NCBI RefSeq assembly: GCF_009914755.1
Contig: NC_060939.1
Length of the DNA: 64,000 nucleotides
Source: the human T2T-CHM13v2.0 reference genome, Homo sapiens
Direction: 5' to 3' (one strand)
The notes below the pieces were generated by a model that was not told where the DNA came from, ran no database searches, and saw only the letters and a program-made list of their open reading frames with translations. Shown one piece after another: positions 42,696-57,069 of this stretch; position 1 is the first letter of the stretch; every line of letters begins with the position of its first letter. A program made the translations under genes and the position numbers.

Positions 42696-44998
42696 CTATT
42701 TTGGTAGAATAGTTTATTCTCTTTTGGTTATATACACAGCGGTGAAATTGCTGGGTTGAATCACAGTTTAACTCTCAGTTATTTGGAAAATCTCCAAGCT
42801 ACTCTCCGCAGTGGCTGAACTAATTTACATTCCTATTAACAGTGTATAAGTGGTTTTTTCCCTCTAAAACCTCATCAACATCTATTATCATTTTACTTTT
42901 TAACAAAAACCATTCTAACTGGTGTACGATGGTGTCTTATTGTGGGTTTTATTTACATTTCCTTGATGGTTAGTGATGATAAGCTTTTTTCATGTTATTT
43001 GGCCACTTGTATGTGTTCTTTTGAAGAGTGTCTGTTATTGCCCACTTTTTCATGGGGTAATTTTTTCCTTGTGAATTCTTTCAGTTTCTTATAGATTCTG
43101 AGTATTAGATTTTGTCAGGTTCATAGGTTATGAATATTTTTGCCATTCTGCTAGCTTTGGGGTAAGTTAGTTTTTATTTTTCTAGTTTCTCTAAGTGTGA
43201 TGTTAAATTGTTAGTTTGAGATCATTCTAACTTCTTGATGCAGGTATTTAGCACTCTTAACTTTCCTCTTAACAGAGCTCTTCCTACAACCCAGACATTT
43301 TGTTATATTGTGTCTCTTCTATTTCAAAATCTTTTTAATTTTCTGCCTTAATTTTTTTGTTTATCCAAAATTCATTCAGGAGCAAGTTGTTTAATTTCAA
43401 TATCATTCTGTGATTTTGTGAGATTTTCTTGGTATTGATTTTTATCTTTGTTCCATTGTGGCCTGTCATATTCTGTGAGCAGATGAGAAGAATTTACTTT
43501 CTTTAGATGATGTGTTGCATATACTATAAATGTCTATTAGTTTCAATTGATCAAGTGTCGAATCAAACTCCAGAATTTCTTTGTTAAGTTTCTGCCTAGA
43601 TAATCTGTCAAACACTTAGTGGGGAGTTGCATTCCCCTACTATTATTGTGTGTCTACTTGAGTCTTATTGTAGGTCTAGCAGTAATTGTTGTATAACTCT
43701 ATGTTCCCCAAAGTTGGGTGCATCTACATTTACGATAGTTAAGTCTTCTTGTTGAATTGAACCCTTTATCGTTACGCAATACCTTTCTTTGTTTTATTTT
43801 ACTATTAATGATTTAAAGCTATTTTTTCTTAAAAGAGAAACAATTCCAGGTATGGTAGCTTGTGCCAGCACTTTCAGACTGAAGCAGTCGGATTGCCTGA
43901 GACCAGGAGTTTGAGACCAGCCGAGGCAACACAGCAACATACTGTTTGTACAAATTTTTTTAAAGAAACTATACAGGAGGGGTAATGTGCACAACTGTGG
44001 TCATATTTACTCAGGAGACATAGGTGGCATGACTGCTTGACTTCCGAAATTTGAGGTTACAGTGAGCTGTGATTCCACCAGTGTACTCTGTCCCAGGAGA
44101 TAAAGTAAGATCCTCTGCATAAAATGAAAAAGTAAAGAAAAATAAAAAGATTTTAAGTTAAAAAAATAATTCCTAGATCTCCACTTCTTTAGGTTCACTT
44201 GAATATATATTTTTCTCCTTTGATTAGGTTATATTTCCTGGTTGCTTTTACTTACTGTAGTTTTGTTAAGGTTTTGATCAATTAAGAAACCACTACCTAT
44301 TTTATCCTTTATGAAAGAGCTTTATACATGGGAAAATTGACAACATTCAGCCACAGTAGTCATACTGGGAGCTTCTCCAATCTGTTGTCAAGATGTGTCT
44401 TCTTTGGACTACTGTATGTATTTTCTTGTTAATAAGGTTTACCTCTGTTTCCTCTTAGGAGCCTTTAGTCTCTTCCCTTCGTCACTCTTGTAGGCACTAC
44501 AGTCTCTGTTGTTGTAAGAAGCATTTATCTTTATTCTCAGTTGACCCAAGCTGTCATTTAAACTCAGTCTCTATTCTCATCAACACTAAATGTTAAAGGA
44601 AGCAATTTCCAGTCTTTAGATAACCCCGGTATAACTCAGTAAGTCAGAAGTTTGCATACGCATTTCACTCTTTTTTCTTTCCCAAAGGAGAATCATGGAA
44701 TGGACAGATTTTTATCTAACTGCGCTGTTCTGTAGTGCACAAATGTGACCAAATTTTCTTCTAAATGTGGTTATGGTTGGCTTTTTTCTCATGTGGGGTG
44801 CTACAAACTCAACTGGCTTTGTTCACCCAATTGTAGTTAAGTTCATATGTCAATGGAGAGAAACAGGATCTCAGGTTCTGCTTCAACTGTCATTGTCTTC
44901 TCAGCTGACCTCATTTTGTACATTAGATTTATAAAATATATTTACTTTAATCTCATCACCGAATTTTTAAAAAAATTATTATTTTTCAGCTCTTTTAG

Positions 44999-45350
44999 CA
45001 ATATATCCAATCAAGACCCAGAGAAAACAGTACATAGAAGCTTCTTTTCAAAAAGTAATATTGGGAAGATATGGGAGCTCTGGCCTTGAACTTTTACACT
45101 TAGGAGAGTGGGAAATTGAAGGATAAGTGTAAACGGCACAAAGTATGCTATGATGAATATACCAGATATACAGCAATTACCTACAGCAAAAATGTCACTG
45201 CTAGAAGAGCTCAAAACCATAAAGTATTTTGGAAAAAGCATAATTAATGTTGATTCTTTTTTCTGAACTATATATTTATATAATTACATACCAATAACAA
45301 TTTTTGAAACATATCATGTTTTTGAAACAAAATTTAGAAAATCGCAATAG
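44999..45350 (+). pseudogene. 5' part of a KRAB-ZNF last (spacer/finger) exon, truncated before the zinc fingers
   Basis: After the acceptor tcttttag it reads QYIEASFQKVILGRYGSSGLELLHLGEWE, then after a frameshift KCKRHKVCYD. This resembles the KRAB-ZNF spacer motif 'SFQKVILRRYG.CG.ENL.L..W....ECK.HK..YNG'. Confidence 0.75.
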
Positions 45351-45359
45351 TGGCCTAGG

Positions 45360-48300
45360 CCAGGAATATTTCTTCTAATGCTATCCCTCCCATAGTCCCC
45401 CACTTCCCGACAGGCTCCAGTGTGTGATGTTCCCCTTCCTGTGTCCGTGTGTTCTCTTTGTTTAACTCCCTATTATGAGTGAGAACATGCGATGTTAGCT
45501 TTTCTACTCTTGTGTTAGTTTGTTAAGAATGGTGGTTTCCAGCTTCATCCATGTCCCTGCAAAGGACATGAACTCATCCTTTTTATGACTGCATCGTATT
45601 CCATGATGTGGACATGCCAAGTTTTCTTTATTCAGTCTATCATTGATGGTCATTTGGTTTGTTTCAAAGTTTTTGCTCTTGTGAACAGTGCCATAATAAA
45701 CATACGTATGCATGTATCTTTATAATAGAATAATTTATAATCCTTTGGGTATATACCCAGTAATGTGATTGCTGGGTCAAATGGTATTTCTCATTGTGGA
45801 TCCTTGAGGAATCACCACACTGTCTTCCACACTGGTTGAACTAATTTACACTCTCACCAACAGTGTATAAGTCTTCCTATTTTTCCACATCCTTTGTTGT
45901 TTCCTGATTTTTTTAATGATCACCATTCTAACAGGTGTGGGATGGTTTCTCATTGTGTTTTTGATTTGCATGTGTCTAATAACCAGTGATGATGTCCTTT
46001 TCTTCATTTGTTTATTGGCTGCATAAATGTCTCCTTTTGAGAAGTGTCTGTTCAAATCCTTTGCCCATTTTCGATGTTGTTGTTTCTTTTTTTCTTGTAA
46101 ATTTGTTTGGTTCTTTGTAGATTCTACATATCAGCCCATTGTCAGACGGATAGATTGCAGAAATTTTCTCCCATTCTTTAGGTTGCCTGTTCACTCTGAT
46201 ATAGTTTTTTTTTGTTGTGCAGAAGCTCTTTAGTTTAATTATATCTCGTTTGTCAATTTTGGCTTTTGTTGCCATTGTTTTTGGTGTTGTAGTCATGAAG
46301 TCTTTGCCCATGCCTATGACCTGAATGTTACTGCCTTGGTTTTCTTCTGGGGTTTTTATGGTTTTAAGTCTTATGTTTAAGTCTTTAATCCATCTTCAGT
46401 TATGTTTTGTATAACGAGTAAGGAAGAAGTCCAGTTTCAGTTTTTTGCATATGGCTAGCTAGTTTTCCAACACCATTTATTAAATAGGGAATCCTTTCCC
46501 CATTACTTGTTTTTGTCAGGTTCATCAAAGATCAGATGATTCTAGATGTTGAGTGTTATTTCTGAGGCCTCTGTTCTGTTCCATTTGTCAATATATCTGT
46601 TTTGGTACGAGTACCATCCTGTCTTGGTTACTGTGGCCTTTTAGTATAGTTTGAAGACAGCTAGCATGATGCCTCCACCTTTGTTCTTTTTGCTTAGTAT
46701 TGTCTTGTCTATGCAAGACCTTTTTTGATTCCATATGAAATTTGAAGTAGTTTTTTTTCTAATTCTGTGAAGAAAGTCAACGGGAGCTTGATGGGGATAG
46801 CAATGAATTTATAAATTACTTTGGGCAATATGGCCATTTTCATAATATTGATTCTTCCTATCCATGAGCATGGATTGTTTTCGTTTGTTTGTGTCCTCTT
46901 TCATTTCCTTGAGCAGTGGTTTGTAGTTCTCCTTGAAGTGGTCCTTTACATCATTTTTAAGTTGGATTCCTAGGTATTTTATTCCCTTTGTAGCAATTGT
47001 GAATGAGAGTTAACACATGATTTGGCTCTCTGTTTGCCTATTATTGCGTATAGGAATGCTTGTGATTTTTGAACATTGATTTTGTATCCTGAGACTTTGC
47101 TGAAGTTGCTTATCAGTTTAAGGAAATTTTGGGCTGAGATGGTAGGGTTTTCTAGATATACAATCATGTCATCTGCAAACAAAGACAATTTGACTTCTTC
47201 TCTTCCTATCTGAATACGCTTTATTTCTTTCTTTCTTTGGCTGATTGTCAGAACTTCCAATACTATAATGAATAGGAGTGGGGAGAAAGGGTGTTCTTGT
47301 CTTGTGCAGGTTTTCAAAGGGAATGCTTCCAGTTTTTGCCCATTCAGTATGATATTAGCTGTGCATTTGTCATAAATAACTCTTATTATGTTGAGATAGG
47401 TTCCATCAATACATAATTCATTGAGAGTTTTTACCATGAAGAGGTGTGGAATTTTATTGAAGGCCTTTTTTGCATCCATTGAGATAATCATGTGGTTTTT
47501 GTCATTAGTTCTGTTTATGTGATGGATTTTATTTATTGATTTGCATATGTTGAACCAGCTTTGTATCCCAGGGATTAAGCTGACTAGATCGTGGTGGATA
47601 AGCTTTTTGATGTGCTGCTGGATTCGGTTTGCCAGTATTTTATTGAGGATTTTCGCATCGATATTCATCAGGGATATGGGCCTGAAATTTTCTTTTTCTG
47701 GTGTGTCTTTGCCAGGTTTTGGTTTCAGGATGATGCTGGCCACATAAAATGAATTAGGGAGGAGTACCTCTTTTTCTATTGTTTGAAATAATTTCAGAAG
47801 GAATGGTACCAGCTCCTCTTTGTACCTTTGGTAGAATTCGGCTGTGAATCCGTCTGGTCCTGGACTTCTTTTTGTTGGTAGGCTACTAATTACTGCCTCA
47901 ATTTTAGAACTTGTTATTGGCCTATTCAAGGATTCGACTTCCTACTGGTTTGCACTTGGGAGGGTATATGTGTCCAGGAATTTATCCATTTCATCTAGAT
48001 TTTCTAGTTAATTTGCAAAGAGGTATTTATAATATTCTGTAATGATACTTTTTATTTCTGTGGGATCAATGTTTATATCCCCTTTATCATTTCCTATTGC
48101 ATGAATTTGATTCTTCTCTTCTTCCTTATTAGTCTGGCTAGAAGTTTATTTATTTTCTTGATCTTTTCAAAAAACCAGCTCCTGGATTCATTGATTTTTT
48201 GGACGGGCTTTTTGTGTCTCTATCTCCTTCAGTTCTGCTCTGATCTTAAATCTTGTCTTCTGCTAGTTTTTGAATTTGTTTGCTCTTGCTTCCCTAGTTT

Positions 48301-48400
48301 TTTTAATTGTGATATTACGGTGTCGATTTTAGACATTTTTCTGCTTTCTCTTGTGGGGATTTAGTGCTGTAAATTTCCCTTTCAGACTACTTTAGCTGTG
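45360..48400 (-). mobile_element. L1PA, ~3 kb, missing the extreme 3' end and poly(A)
   Basis: ORF 46979-47929 is an L1 ORF2 reverse-transcriptase fragment ([56 protein letters not shown]). Confidence 0.97.
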
Positions 48401-51147
48401 TCGTATTTTACTTTTTAAGCCCTCAATCTTTCTTTTTCATCATGATAGTCTTTACTGTTTTATGTTTATGTAATGTAAAATTGACTACACAATTTTTACA
48501 AAGATTTTATGAAAATATTTTATTGAGAATGTACAAACCTGTCAGTCAATTAGAGGAGAAGTTACACTGTCATAATAAATAGCCACAAAGCAAAACCCCA
48601 AAAGACATCCAAATCAGAATAAAACAAAACATTTTAACAAAAACAAAAAGAACAAACTGGCAACAAATATGTGAAGTTTATATTACAAAGATGCTCACTT
48701 ATCCACTCTAAAGAGAGCTTTTAGAATTTGATTTAAAATATGGCAAAGACATTATCCCACACTTCACAGAAAAAAATAAATTTAAGCAGCTGTTAACACA
48801 TGAATGTATTATCAAGCTCAGATATAATCAAAATTAAATATTTGACAAGAGATTCTACAGTTTGGGAGAAATAGAAGTGTTTTTTTCTTTTCCCCAGGCC
48901 CACAAGTCTAGTTTCTTGCTCTTCTTCACTATAATGGGGTTTGTCATCAGCTCCCCAAAATATGGGAAGCACAGAGCAGGTGGTGGCTGAAGGTGGGGTA
49001 TCCTGTGAAACCATATTTAAGATCAGAGCCCTTGGTCCATTGTGTTGTAATCAGCTGGCTCAGGAAAGAACACCTGGCTGTCCAGAGCTCTACACCTACT
49101 GCACTGGGTGTGAAAGGAGGCCTGAGAACCCATGGGTCCCAAACCCACCCCACTCCAAATTATCATCCAGTATTGAGAACTCTGACACCAAATTCTCACA
49201 GAGCATATGTTTATGCAGTTTTACATTTAATTTCTCATTACATTACAATTGGGAAACTGAGGCCCCAGAAGAGGCAGAGACTGGTCCAGATCTCAGGAGG
49301 CGGGCAGGCTCCAGAGCATTAGAGAGGGCTCCAGCTTCCTAGGCCTTGGCTCCGTCCCACTTATCAGGTTTGTTTTCGAAATTAGAGTCTGTAGCTACAC
49401 ATTCAGGAGCACAGAAAATGAGCAGATTCAGGGTTCTGTTCACATGGGGTCCTCTCCATGTCAGTTTCAAGATAACAGGACTGGGGTTCTGCATCCAGCT
49501 CTGAGGGCAACTGGAAGTAAAATGAGCTATGCTCCACCTCAGCCTAATGTAGACAGTGCCTACAGGAAAGCCTGTTTTCTTCCTCATAAATAGGGGTGCC
49601 TGAAGTGGGTGACCTTGATGATTTCACATACTCATAAGTGTCTGCCAGCCTGGATTCTTGCTCTGAGACTGCAAAAATGCACCCACTCTGCAGATCCTTC
49701 AAATCAGAGGGAGGCATGGCCACTTGAGAGGCATCTTGGGTAGATGAAGATGAGACAGAGTTAAATGTGCCAGAGCACTGGACTCTGAGGCTGAGGTCCA
49801 CGGAAAATCTCAGCTACTGTTGCGTTCTTAAGGTCCTCATTTGAAAGTGGTAGAAAATAATTTCACTGGATAAGGGGAGGATACCTCATGAGTAAATAGC
49901 ACAACCAAAAAGGTGGAGGCAAAGAGAGGGCAAAACGGGATTCCTAGGTCACTCATTATACTTGGGGCCTTCAGATCCTGCTACTTTATCCCCTAGGACC
50001 TTGAAGAACCAGTGTCTTGAGGACAGAAAAATCAAGGTATCAGATTTGTTCAGTAGTGCTCCTGCTTGGGGCTGTAGGGTTAGTGATGGCCAGGAGGTGG
50101 TTACAGCCTACTGTGTTTCTGGTGCCCACTGAGCTTTGCTGGAGCAGCTGGAACAAGTAACAGTCACAAACCTCATGTTGTTATCAGTGATGTCCACATT
50201 ATCATGTGGTCAAAAGGGGAAGGGATATTAGGGATCCCCCATATAATCACTTAGCCAGTCTTTTTTCCCTTGCGCTCACCATTTGCCAGCGACCCTGGTG
50301 GGTCCAACATGTGGTACAGAAAATTATTACATCATGTCTGCACCCCCCAACCCAGGACCAAACAGTCTGAGGACCGCTGGACAAAAGCACTAAAGCAAGT
50401 ATATGTGAAAGAAAAGAGCAAGGACTATAATATAAAGTAGATTATTGAGAAGAAAACCTGGAAAATTATTGCATGGGAGGACCTAAGGCCTCACTGAGGT
50501 GACTTTTAATCCATGATGAGGATGACAGCAGGGAGGCATCTGCACAAGCATGTGTCAGGGAGAAGCCACCCTTAGTGAAAAAACTCATAGGTGTGAGTTT
50601 GGCAGAGGTAAAAAGGGACTAGTTTGGCTGCAGACAGCCTGAGAAAGAGATAAGCAGAGGGATGGAGAATCCTAGGGCCTGGGAGATGAGGTTAGATATC
50701 TGCTCCTTTCTGACAACATTGCCCTAAAAGTCGGCACTTTTCAACAACATATAATATCTCATAATTTGTGTGGACCAGAATCTGGACACAGTTCAGCTGG
50801 CTACCTCTGCCTTCAGGTCTTTTATGAGACTGGGGGCTGTGGTCTTAACTGAAGCTGGACTGGGAAAGCATGAGCCTTTAAGCTGACTCATGTGAAAATT
50901 GACAGGGTTTAGTGTGGACAGAGAGCCTGACTTTCCTTCTCTCTACTCGTCTGAGCACCGCCTCACCCTTTGTTATGTGGGTCTCTACATGGAGCATCTC
51001 ATAGCATTGGAGCTTGCTTCCTGTGTTTGAGGAATACAATAGACAGAATTAGACAAAAAGGTGTACACAAAAAGAGACAGAGAGAAAGATGGAGGGCGCA
51101 AACGAGAAAAACCCAGTAGGAGAAAAATTAGAGCTTTAAAAAAATCT

Positions 51148-51467
<320 letters not shown>

Positions 51468-52456
51468 TTGAGAGTTACTATAATTTTTCTTCTATATTTG
51501 TGTTAAAATTGTAACCCCCGGCGTAATGCTATAAGGAGGTAGAAAGTAATTAACCCCTTAGGGTGGGACCCTCATAATAGAGATTACTGGCTTTATACAA
51601 GAAACCGCAGAGGGCTCTCATCCTCCTGCAAAATGAGGGTAAAACCTGAAGTGTGCAGGCTGAAATTCAGAAGCGAGTCATCACCAGATCTCAAGCATGC
51701 TGACACCCTGATCTCAAATTTGAACCTCTGGAGGTATGAGAAATTAAGTCCTGTTGTCTATATGCTGCCTATCTATGGTTCTTTGGCATAGCAGCCTGAA
51801 CTAATACAAAAGTGATATCCTTTTCTGTATTTCATTGGACAGAAGCTGAATTTGTACCCCCTATACTGTTAAAAAAAAGACTTAAAAAATGGATCTTCAG
51901 AATGAAAGATAGGAAACGGCTTATTGAAACACTAAAATTTTAACTGCTATAAGTTTTTTAAATATTGGCTGAAATTGTTGGAACCAATATGGCCAACTGA
52001 AGTCCACGAAGCATCAGTTTGCAGATGTTGGAGCCCAAATTTCCATTGTGTGTTTCACACTAACTCTCCCTGAATTTGTATGTGACCTGTGAGGAAGCAA
52101 GAAGAGATGACTGTGTATGTCTCATGACTTTCCATATTCCTACTTTCCTTCCAGCAATCCCCTACAGAACCCACCTCTTAGGCCTTTTCTAATCACTGCC
52201 TTAAAGCCAGTATGAGAAAACAAATTTGATTTGAACTCCTATCTCCTTGTTAGCCAACGTACAAGATGATATTTTCCTCAAAACCGAAGGGCCATAGTAC
52301 TGGCATCAGGAAGTATTCCATTTTATTCAATAAAAAACTGAGTCACTCAATATCTAGTACTGGGAGACTTTGTGAAGACTTCCTCTGTCATAGACGTGAT
52401 AAGGCACATGGATATGATTCTAAATATAAAGAGAAAGCACTAGAAAGTTGAATTCC

Positions 52457-52790
52457 TGTATTAGATCATTCTCATACTGCAATGATGGAGTACATGAGAC
52501 TGGGTAACTTATAAAGTAAAGAAGTTTAATTGACTCACAGTTCCACATAATTGGAGGGGCACCTCAGAAACCTTCCAATTACAGTGGCTGACAAGTGAAG
52601 TGAGTGAGAGCAGGGGATGTACCAGATGCTTATGAAACTATCAGATCTCGTGAGAACTCACTATCACAAGAACAGCATGAGGAGAACCCATCCCCATAAT
52701 CCAATCATCTCCCCTCAGGTTTCTCCCTTAACACCTAGGGGTTATAGTACACAGAGAAGTTTGGGTGGAACACACAGCTAAACTATATGA
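52457..52790 (-). mobile_element. THE1/MST MaLR LTR
   Basis: tgtattagatc ... gagactgggtaacttataaag ... tttaattgactcacagttccac ... cacagctaaactatatga, with a 5-bp TSD attcc/atgcc. Confidence 0.88.
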
Positions 52791-53926
52791 ATGCCAGAGG
52801 ACAGTATCTATATTTAATTTCAACTTCATACTGGAGCAGAATGAAAATGAAGCCCAGTGGAGAAGTGACATTCCCAAGATCACCCTGCCAGACCCAGGAC
52901 TGTTTGAATTGTGGCCCATGCTACCTCCTACGTATTCTCCTAATGCTTCCATCTCTAAGTGTGTACATTATCTACAGGTAAAACCACATCATGACTTTTA
53001 TGTTTTATCTTATATACACCTAATACATTCCCTAGGAAGTAGATGTTAGCATCATCACCACTGTGCATGTTAGGAGGCTGGGGTAGCCTTGAATACAGTG
53101 ACTTTTACTGGGTCCCAGAGATGGTAAGAAAAACAAGGTTATGTTCCAGCTGTCTCTTCTATCCTGGAACCCAGGTTGCATTTAGGTCTTTCCAGGGAAT
53201 TAAGGGGAAGTTGTGTTTGCATAATTGTGTACAAATAAAGAGTTGACATGGAAGAGGAGACTGAGCAATTAGTAGCATAGTGGGGCCTTTCGGTATGTCT
53301 TACAGAAACATGGGGCCCAGTAGATGGAACCTTGCAGAGTTTAACACACTTTCTTGGTGTCAGAACCCAACAACAGTTAAGAATCCAGGAATCCACATTC
53401 TTGAGACAGCTCTGTATCCACCTCTGTTGGTGAGAGTTGCTCAAGAGAGTGAGATGCTCTTTCATTGTGCCCTGAAATTTCTGAGTTTCAGCCTTACAAA
53501 GGCTCAATGTAAAAGTCTTATCTGATAACACAGATGTCAACTGAGCCCTCATCACTGATGTCCCTGGCTATTGGCCGGGTGCACCTACAAATAACACAGG
53601 GCAGCCCAGGACAGGCCCCTCCATGCCAGCCTCTCTTGTCAACTCATCTGGGCAGTCCCACACCACTTCTTAGTACCAGGAGTTGGATGGGGAGCAAGAG
53701 GGAGGGCACTCTTCTTGGACTGAAGTAGATTGTCGGGTGTTGGAACTCTTGTGTACCTGTCATGTTCATACCTAGGCCATAGCTGGCAGAATAAAAAGAG
53801 GATTGGAGAAAGAGTCTGTGTACTCAGATGTGAATTCCAAGACTTTAACTTGTCCTCTGGTTTCCTTCCTTCAGGGAGATTTATACAGATTCTCCTTGTG
53901 TGCCTAATCTGAAGAGCAGAATTTCT

Positions 53927-54131
53927 TTTCTTTTATTTTCTTTTTTCCTTTCTTCTTTTCTTTTTTCCTTTCTTCTCTTCTCTTTTTTTCTTTCTCTTTC
54001 TTTCTTCTTCTTTCTTTCTTTTTTCTTTCTCTTTCTTTCTTTCCATCTCTCTCTTTCTTTCTTTCCTTCTCTCTCTATTTCTTTTTTATTTATCATGAAG
54101 TCTCACTCTGTTACCCAGGCTGGAGTGCAGA
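53927..54131 (-). mobile_element. Severely 5'-truncated Alu with a long CT-rich tail
   Basis: About 165 bp of TC-rich sequence followed by agtctcactctgttacccaggctggagtgcag. TSD gaagagcagaatttct (53911) / gaaaagcagaatttct (54132). Confidence 0.85.
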
Positions 54132-55109
54132 GAAAAGCAGAATTTCTAATGGAGGTGTCACATACGGTCAAAGCAAGGCAGATCACAGACTTTGCGAGGT
54201 TTCTAGGCACATTTACAAAGCAGCATTCAGATTGATGAGGAGCTTCATCATTCAATTTGATGTGGCCAACTCCTCCCTCTTTTTGGAAAAAGAGCAGGTG
54301 CACTAAACCAGCAAACACAACCAGCACCGGGCTGTGGTAAGAGCAGCCACATAGGGGTCTCTACAGACAGAAAGCCGAGAAGACAGGGAAAGAACCAGGA
54401 CCCAGACTCAAATATGAAAAATCTCTGGGCTTTGTCCTACGGCCTTCCCATGAGTAACTCATAGTCTTGTTCCAGTGGAATCTGGCCTTCATTAGTTTCA
54501 GTGGCAGGTTGGTTATGTGGAAAGTCTCTCTTCACACACTTGTGCGAATAACAGTAAAGACTTTTGTATTGTTTTCACTCTACATTAGACCATGAGTATT
54601 TATGCCTGTGGCTGCAGTTTGTGTTAGTTTCCGGCCCCAGGTATCTCCTGCAGCATGCAGCTTCAGTCCTATCGGACCCTCAAAACTTAAAAGCTAACAC
54701 TATTACTAGGGAGGATTTTGCAGGAAAATGGAGAAAGGGTTACACACAAAAAAGGTTAAACTACTCTATGCATGTTTCTGCAATGTGTTATCTCAGGAAC
54801 TCATTTCTGTAGCCCATCAGGGCAGGAGCTGGGCTCTCACCTGTTGATAATATTCCATAAGGGAGGTTCTTCCCCACAGTGTATAGTCTTCCAACGCTGG
54901 TACAGCCTGACATGATGACATTCTACTTTCATGTCGGTCATGCTGCAGGGAAAATTCTGTGAGTGTCCTAATAGGCTGGAATCATTTGCTAGGGTGAACC
55001 CCATCTTTGGTGCTCACTTTTCTGTTATCTTATAATTAGCTTTATTCTAAGCAAATCCATGTCTATTTTATTTATCTGTTTATTTACTTATTTTTATGTA
55101 TGGAAAAAC

Positions 55110-56037
55110 ACTTTTTTTTATTTACTTATTTATTTAGAGACAGGGTCTCCGTCTGTTACCCAAGCTGGAGTACAGTGGTAGAGTGCTGTGATCATGGCTC
55201 ATTGCAGCTTCAAACTCTTGGGCTCAAATGATTCTCTCACCTCAGCCTCCTGTGCCACCATGCCCTGCTAGTTGATTTTAATTTTTTATAAAGAAGGAGA
55301 CTCATTAGGCAGCCCAGGCTGGTCTCAAACTCCTGGGCCCAAGCAATTCTCTCATCTCAGCCTCCCAAAGCACTGGGATTAAAAACATGAGCCACTGTAC
55401 TGAGCTGTGCCTACTTCAAAAGACTGAAAATAAAAAATCAATAAATCTTTGCCAAATTAAAAAACAAAACAATAGTTTCCAGGTCTTAGACAAAGACAAC
55501 TCTGTGTCATGAAGGTGGCAAAAGGCTTATTTAGCTGTTAAAATGATTTGCTTATATTTCAAAGAAGCAGAGAAAAAAAGATACATATAAAAGTTTTCCA
55601 GGCCAGGCACGGCTGTTCATGCCTGTAATCCCAACATTTGGGGAGGCCAAGGCAGGAAGATCTCTTGAAGCCAAATGTTTGAGTCCAGTACAGGCAACAT
55701 GGTGAAATTCTGTCACCATAAAAAAATAAATAAAATAAATATGGCTGGGCATGGTGGTTCACGCTTGTAATACCAGCACTTTGGGAGTCGGAGGCAGGTG
55801 GATAATGAGGTCAGGGGTTCGAGACCAGCCTGGCCAAAATGGTGAAACCCTTTCTCTCCTAAAAATAATAACAATAAAAAATCAGCCAGGCATGGTGCTG
55901 TGTGCCTGTAATGCCAGCTACTCAAAAGGTTGAAGCAAGAGAATTGCTTGAACCTGGGAGGTGGAGGTTGCATTGAGCTAAGATCATGCCACTACACTCT
56001 AGCCTGACCCACAGAGCAAGACACTGTCTTGAAAAAA

Positions 56038-56076
<39 letters not shown>

Positions 56077-56232
56077 AGTTAGCCAGGCCTGGAGGTGCAT
56101 GCCTATAGTCCTAGGTAATTAAGAGGTTGAGGCAGGAGGACTGCTCAAACCCAAGAAGTTAAGGTTATAGTGAGCTATGATTATGCTATTGCACTTCAGA
56201 CTAAGCAAAAGAGTAAGATTCCATCTCAAAAA
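55110..56232. mobile_element. Alu cluster: AluJ (-) at 55110-55405, and AluJ (+) at 55601-56232 with an AluS nested at 55743-56077
   Basis: Left arm, then a complete Alu with a (TAAA)n tail, then the right arm. Confidence 0.9.
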
Positions 56233-57069
56233 ATTACTAAAAAAAGTTCTCTAAATTACATTGTTTAAGAAAAGGGAAAAGAAAAAATATCTTTTTTAAT
56301 TTTCAAATGGGAGGATAGAGCCTCTCATTTCTAATATGTATTTCCTTCTGCAAAAACATGGCCTAGGCCCATGGTCTTGAACTACTGGACATCTGAATTT
56401 TAGTAGGTGCTGGATTCAGGCAACTGAGGGGTGGCTTGGACACACTAAGTGCACGTAAATAAAAGGTTTGAGGTGAACTAAAAGGTAAAAGAGGGGAAGG
56501 TGCTATTAAGAACCCACAATTGGGAGACATTACAGGGTTGGTGGAAGGACTGGTTCATGCTACAGATACTGACCCAGGTGAAACTTTACTCTGACTTATT
56601 TCTGTGTCCATGCAGGAAGACGAGATTATGATCAGGTGGCACAGAAACCTGGGATGGTGAAAAAACCAGGTTGCCCCTGCAGATTCGGTGTCTGAGGTAG
56701 AGCATATGCCAGGGGTCTTGTAGGCACGTGTGTGGGTTTTTGGTGGGAAAGTCTATGAGGATAGGTAGCATGGGCCACAATCTTTATGCCGAAGCCCTGT
56801 GCTGGGAGGGGCTTGACCACGTCAACATGCAGTGTGTATGTTCAGTGGGTGAAAAACATGTGGTGGCCTCAGGTTGGCAGGAGGGTAGAAGGCATCTATT
56901 CTCAGAACTTCTTCCCTCAGAGTCGTTGGTCCTTCTTACCATGGGAGGATGCCTGGAACCACAGGGCAGTGCATGGTGTAGCAGCCTGTGTGCAGAGCAG
57001 AGCCTACCTTCCCCGAGACACCTGGAGTCTCTCTCCAGCAGAGGCCCCCACATTGTCTTTCTTTTTATG

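Noticed and set aside
46979-47929. Longest ORF (316 aa) as a gene
   Set aside because: It is an L1 ORF2 reverse-transcriptase fragment in a truncated, frameshifted L1.
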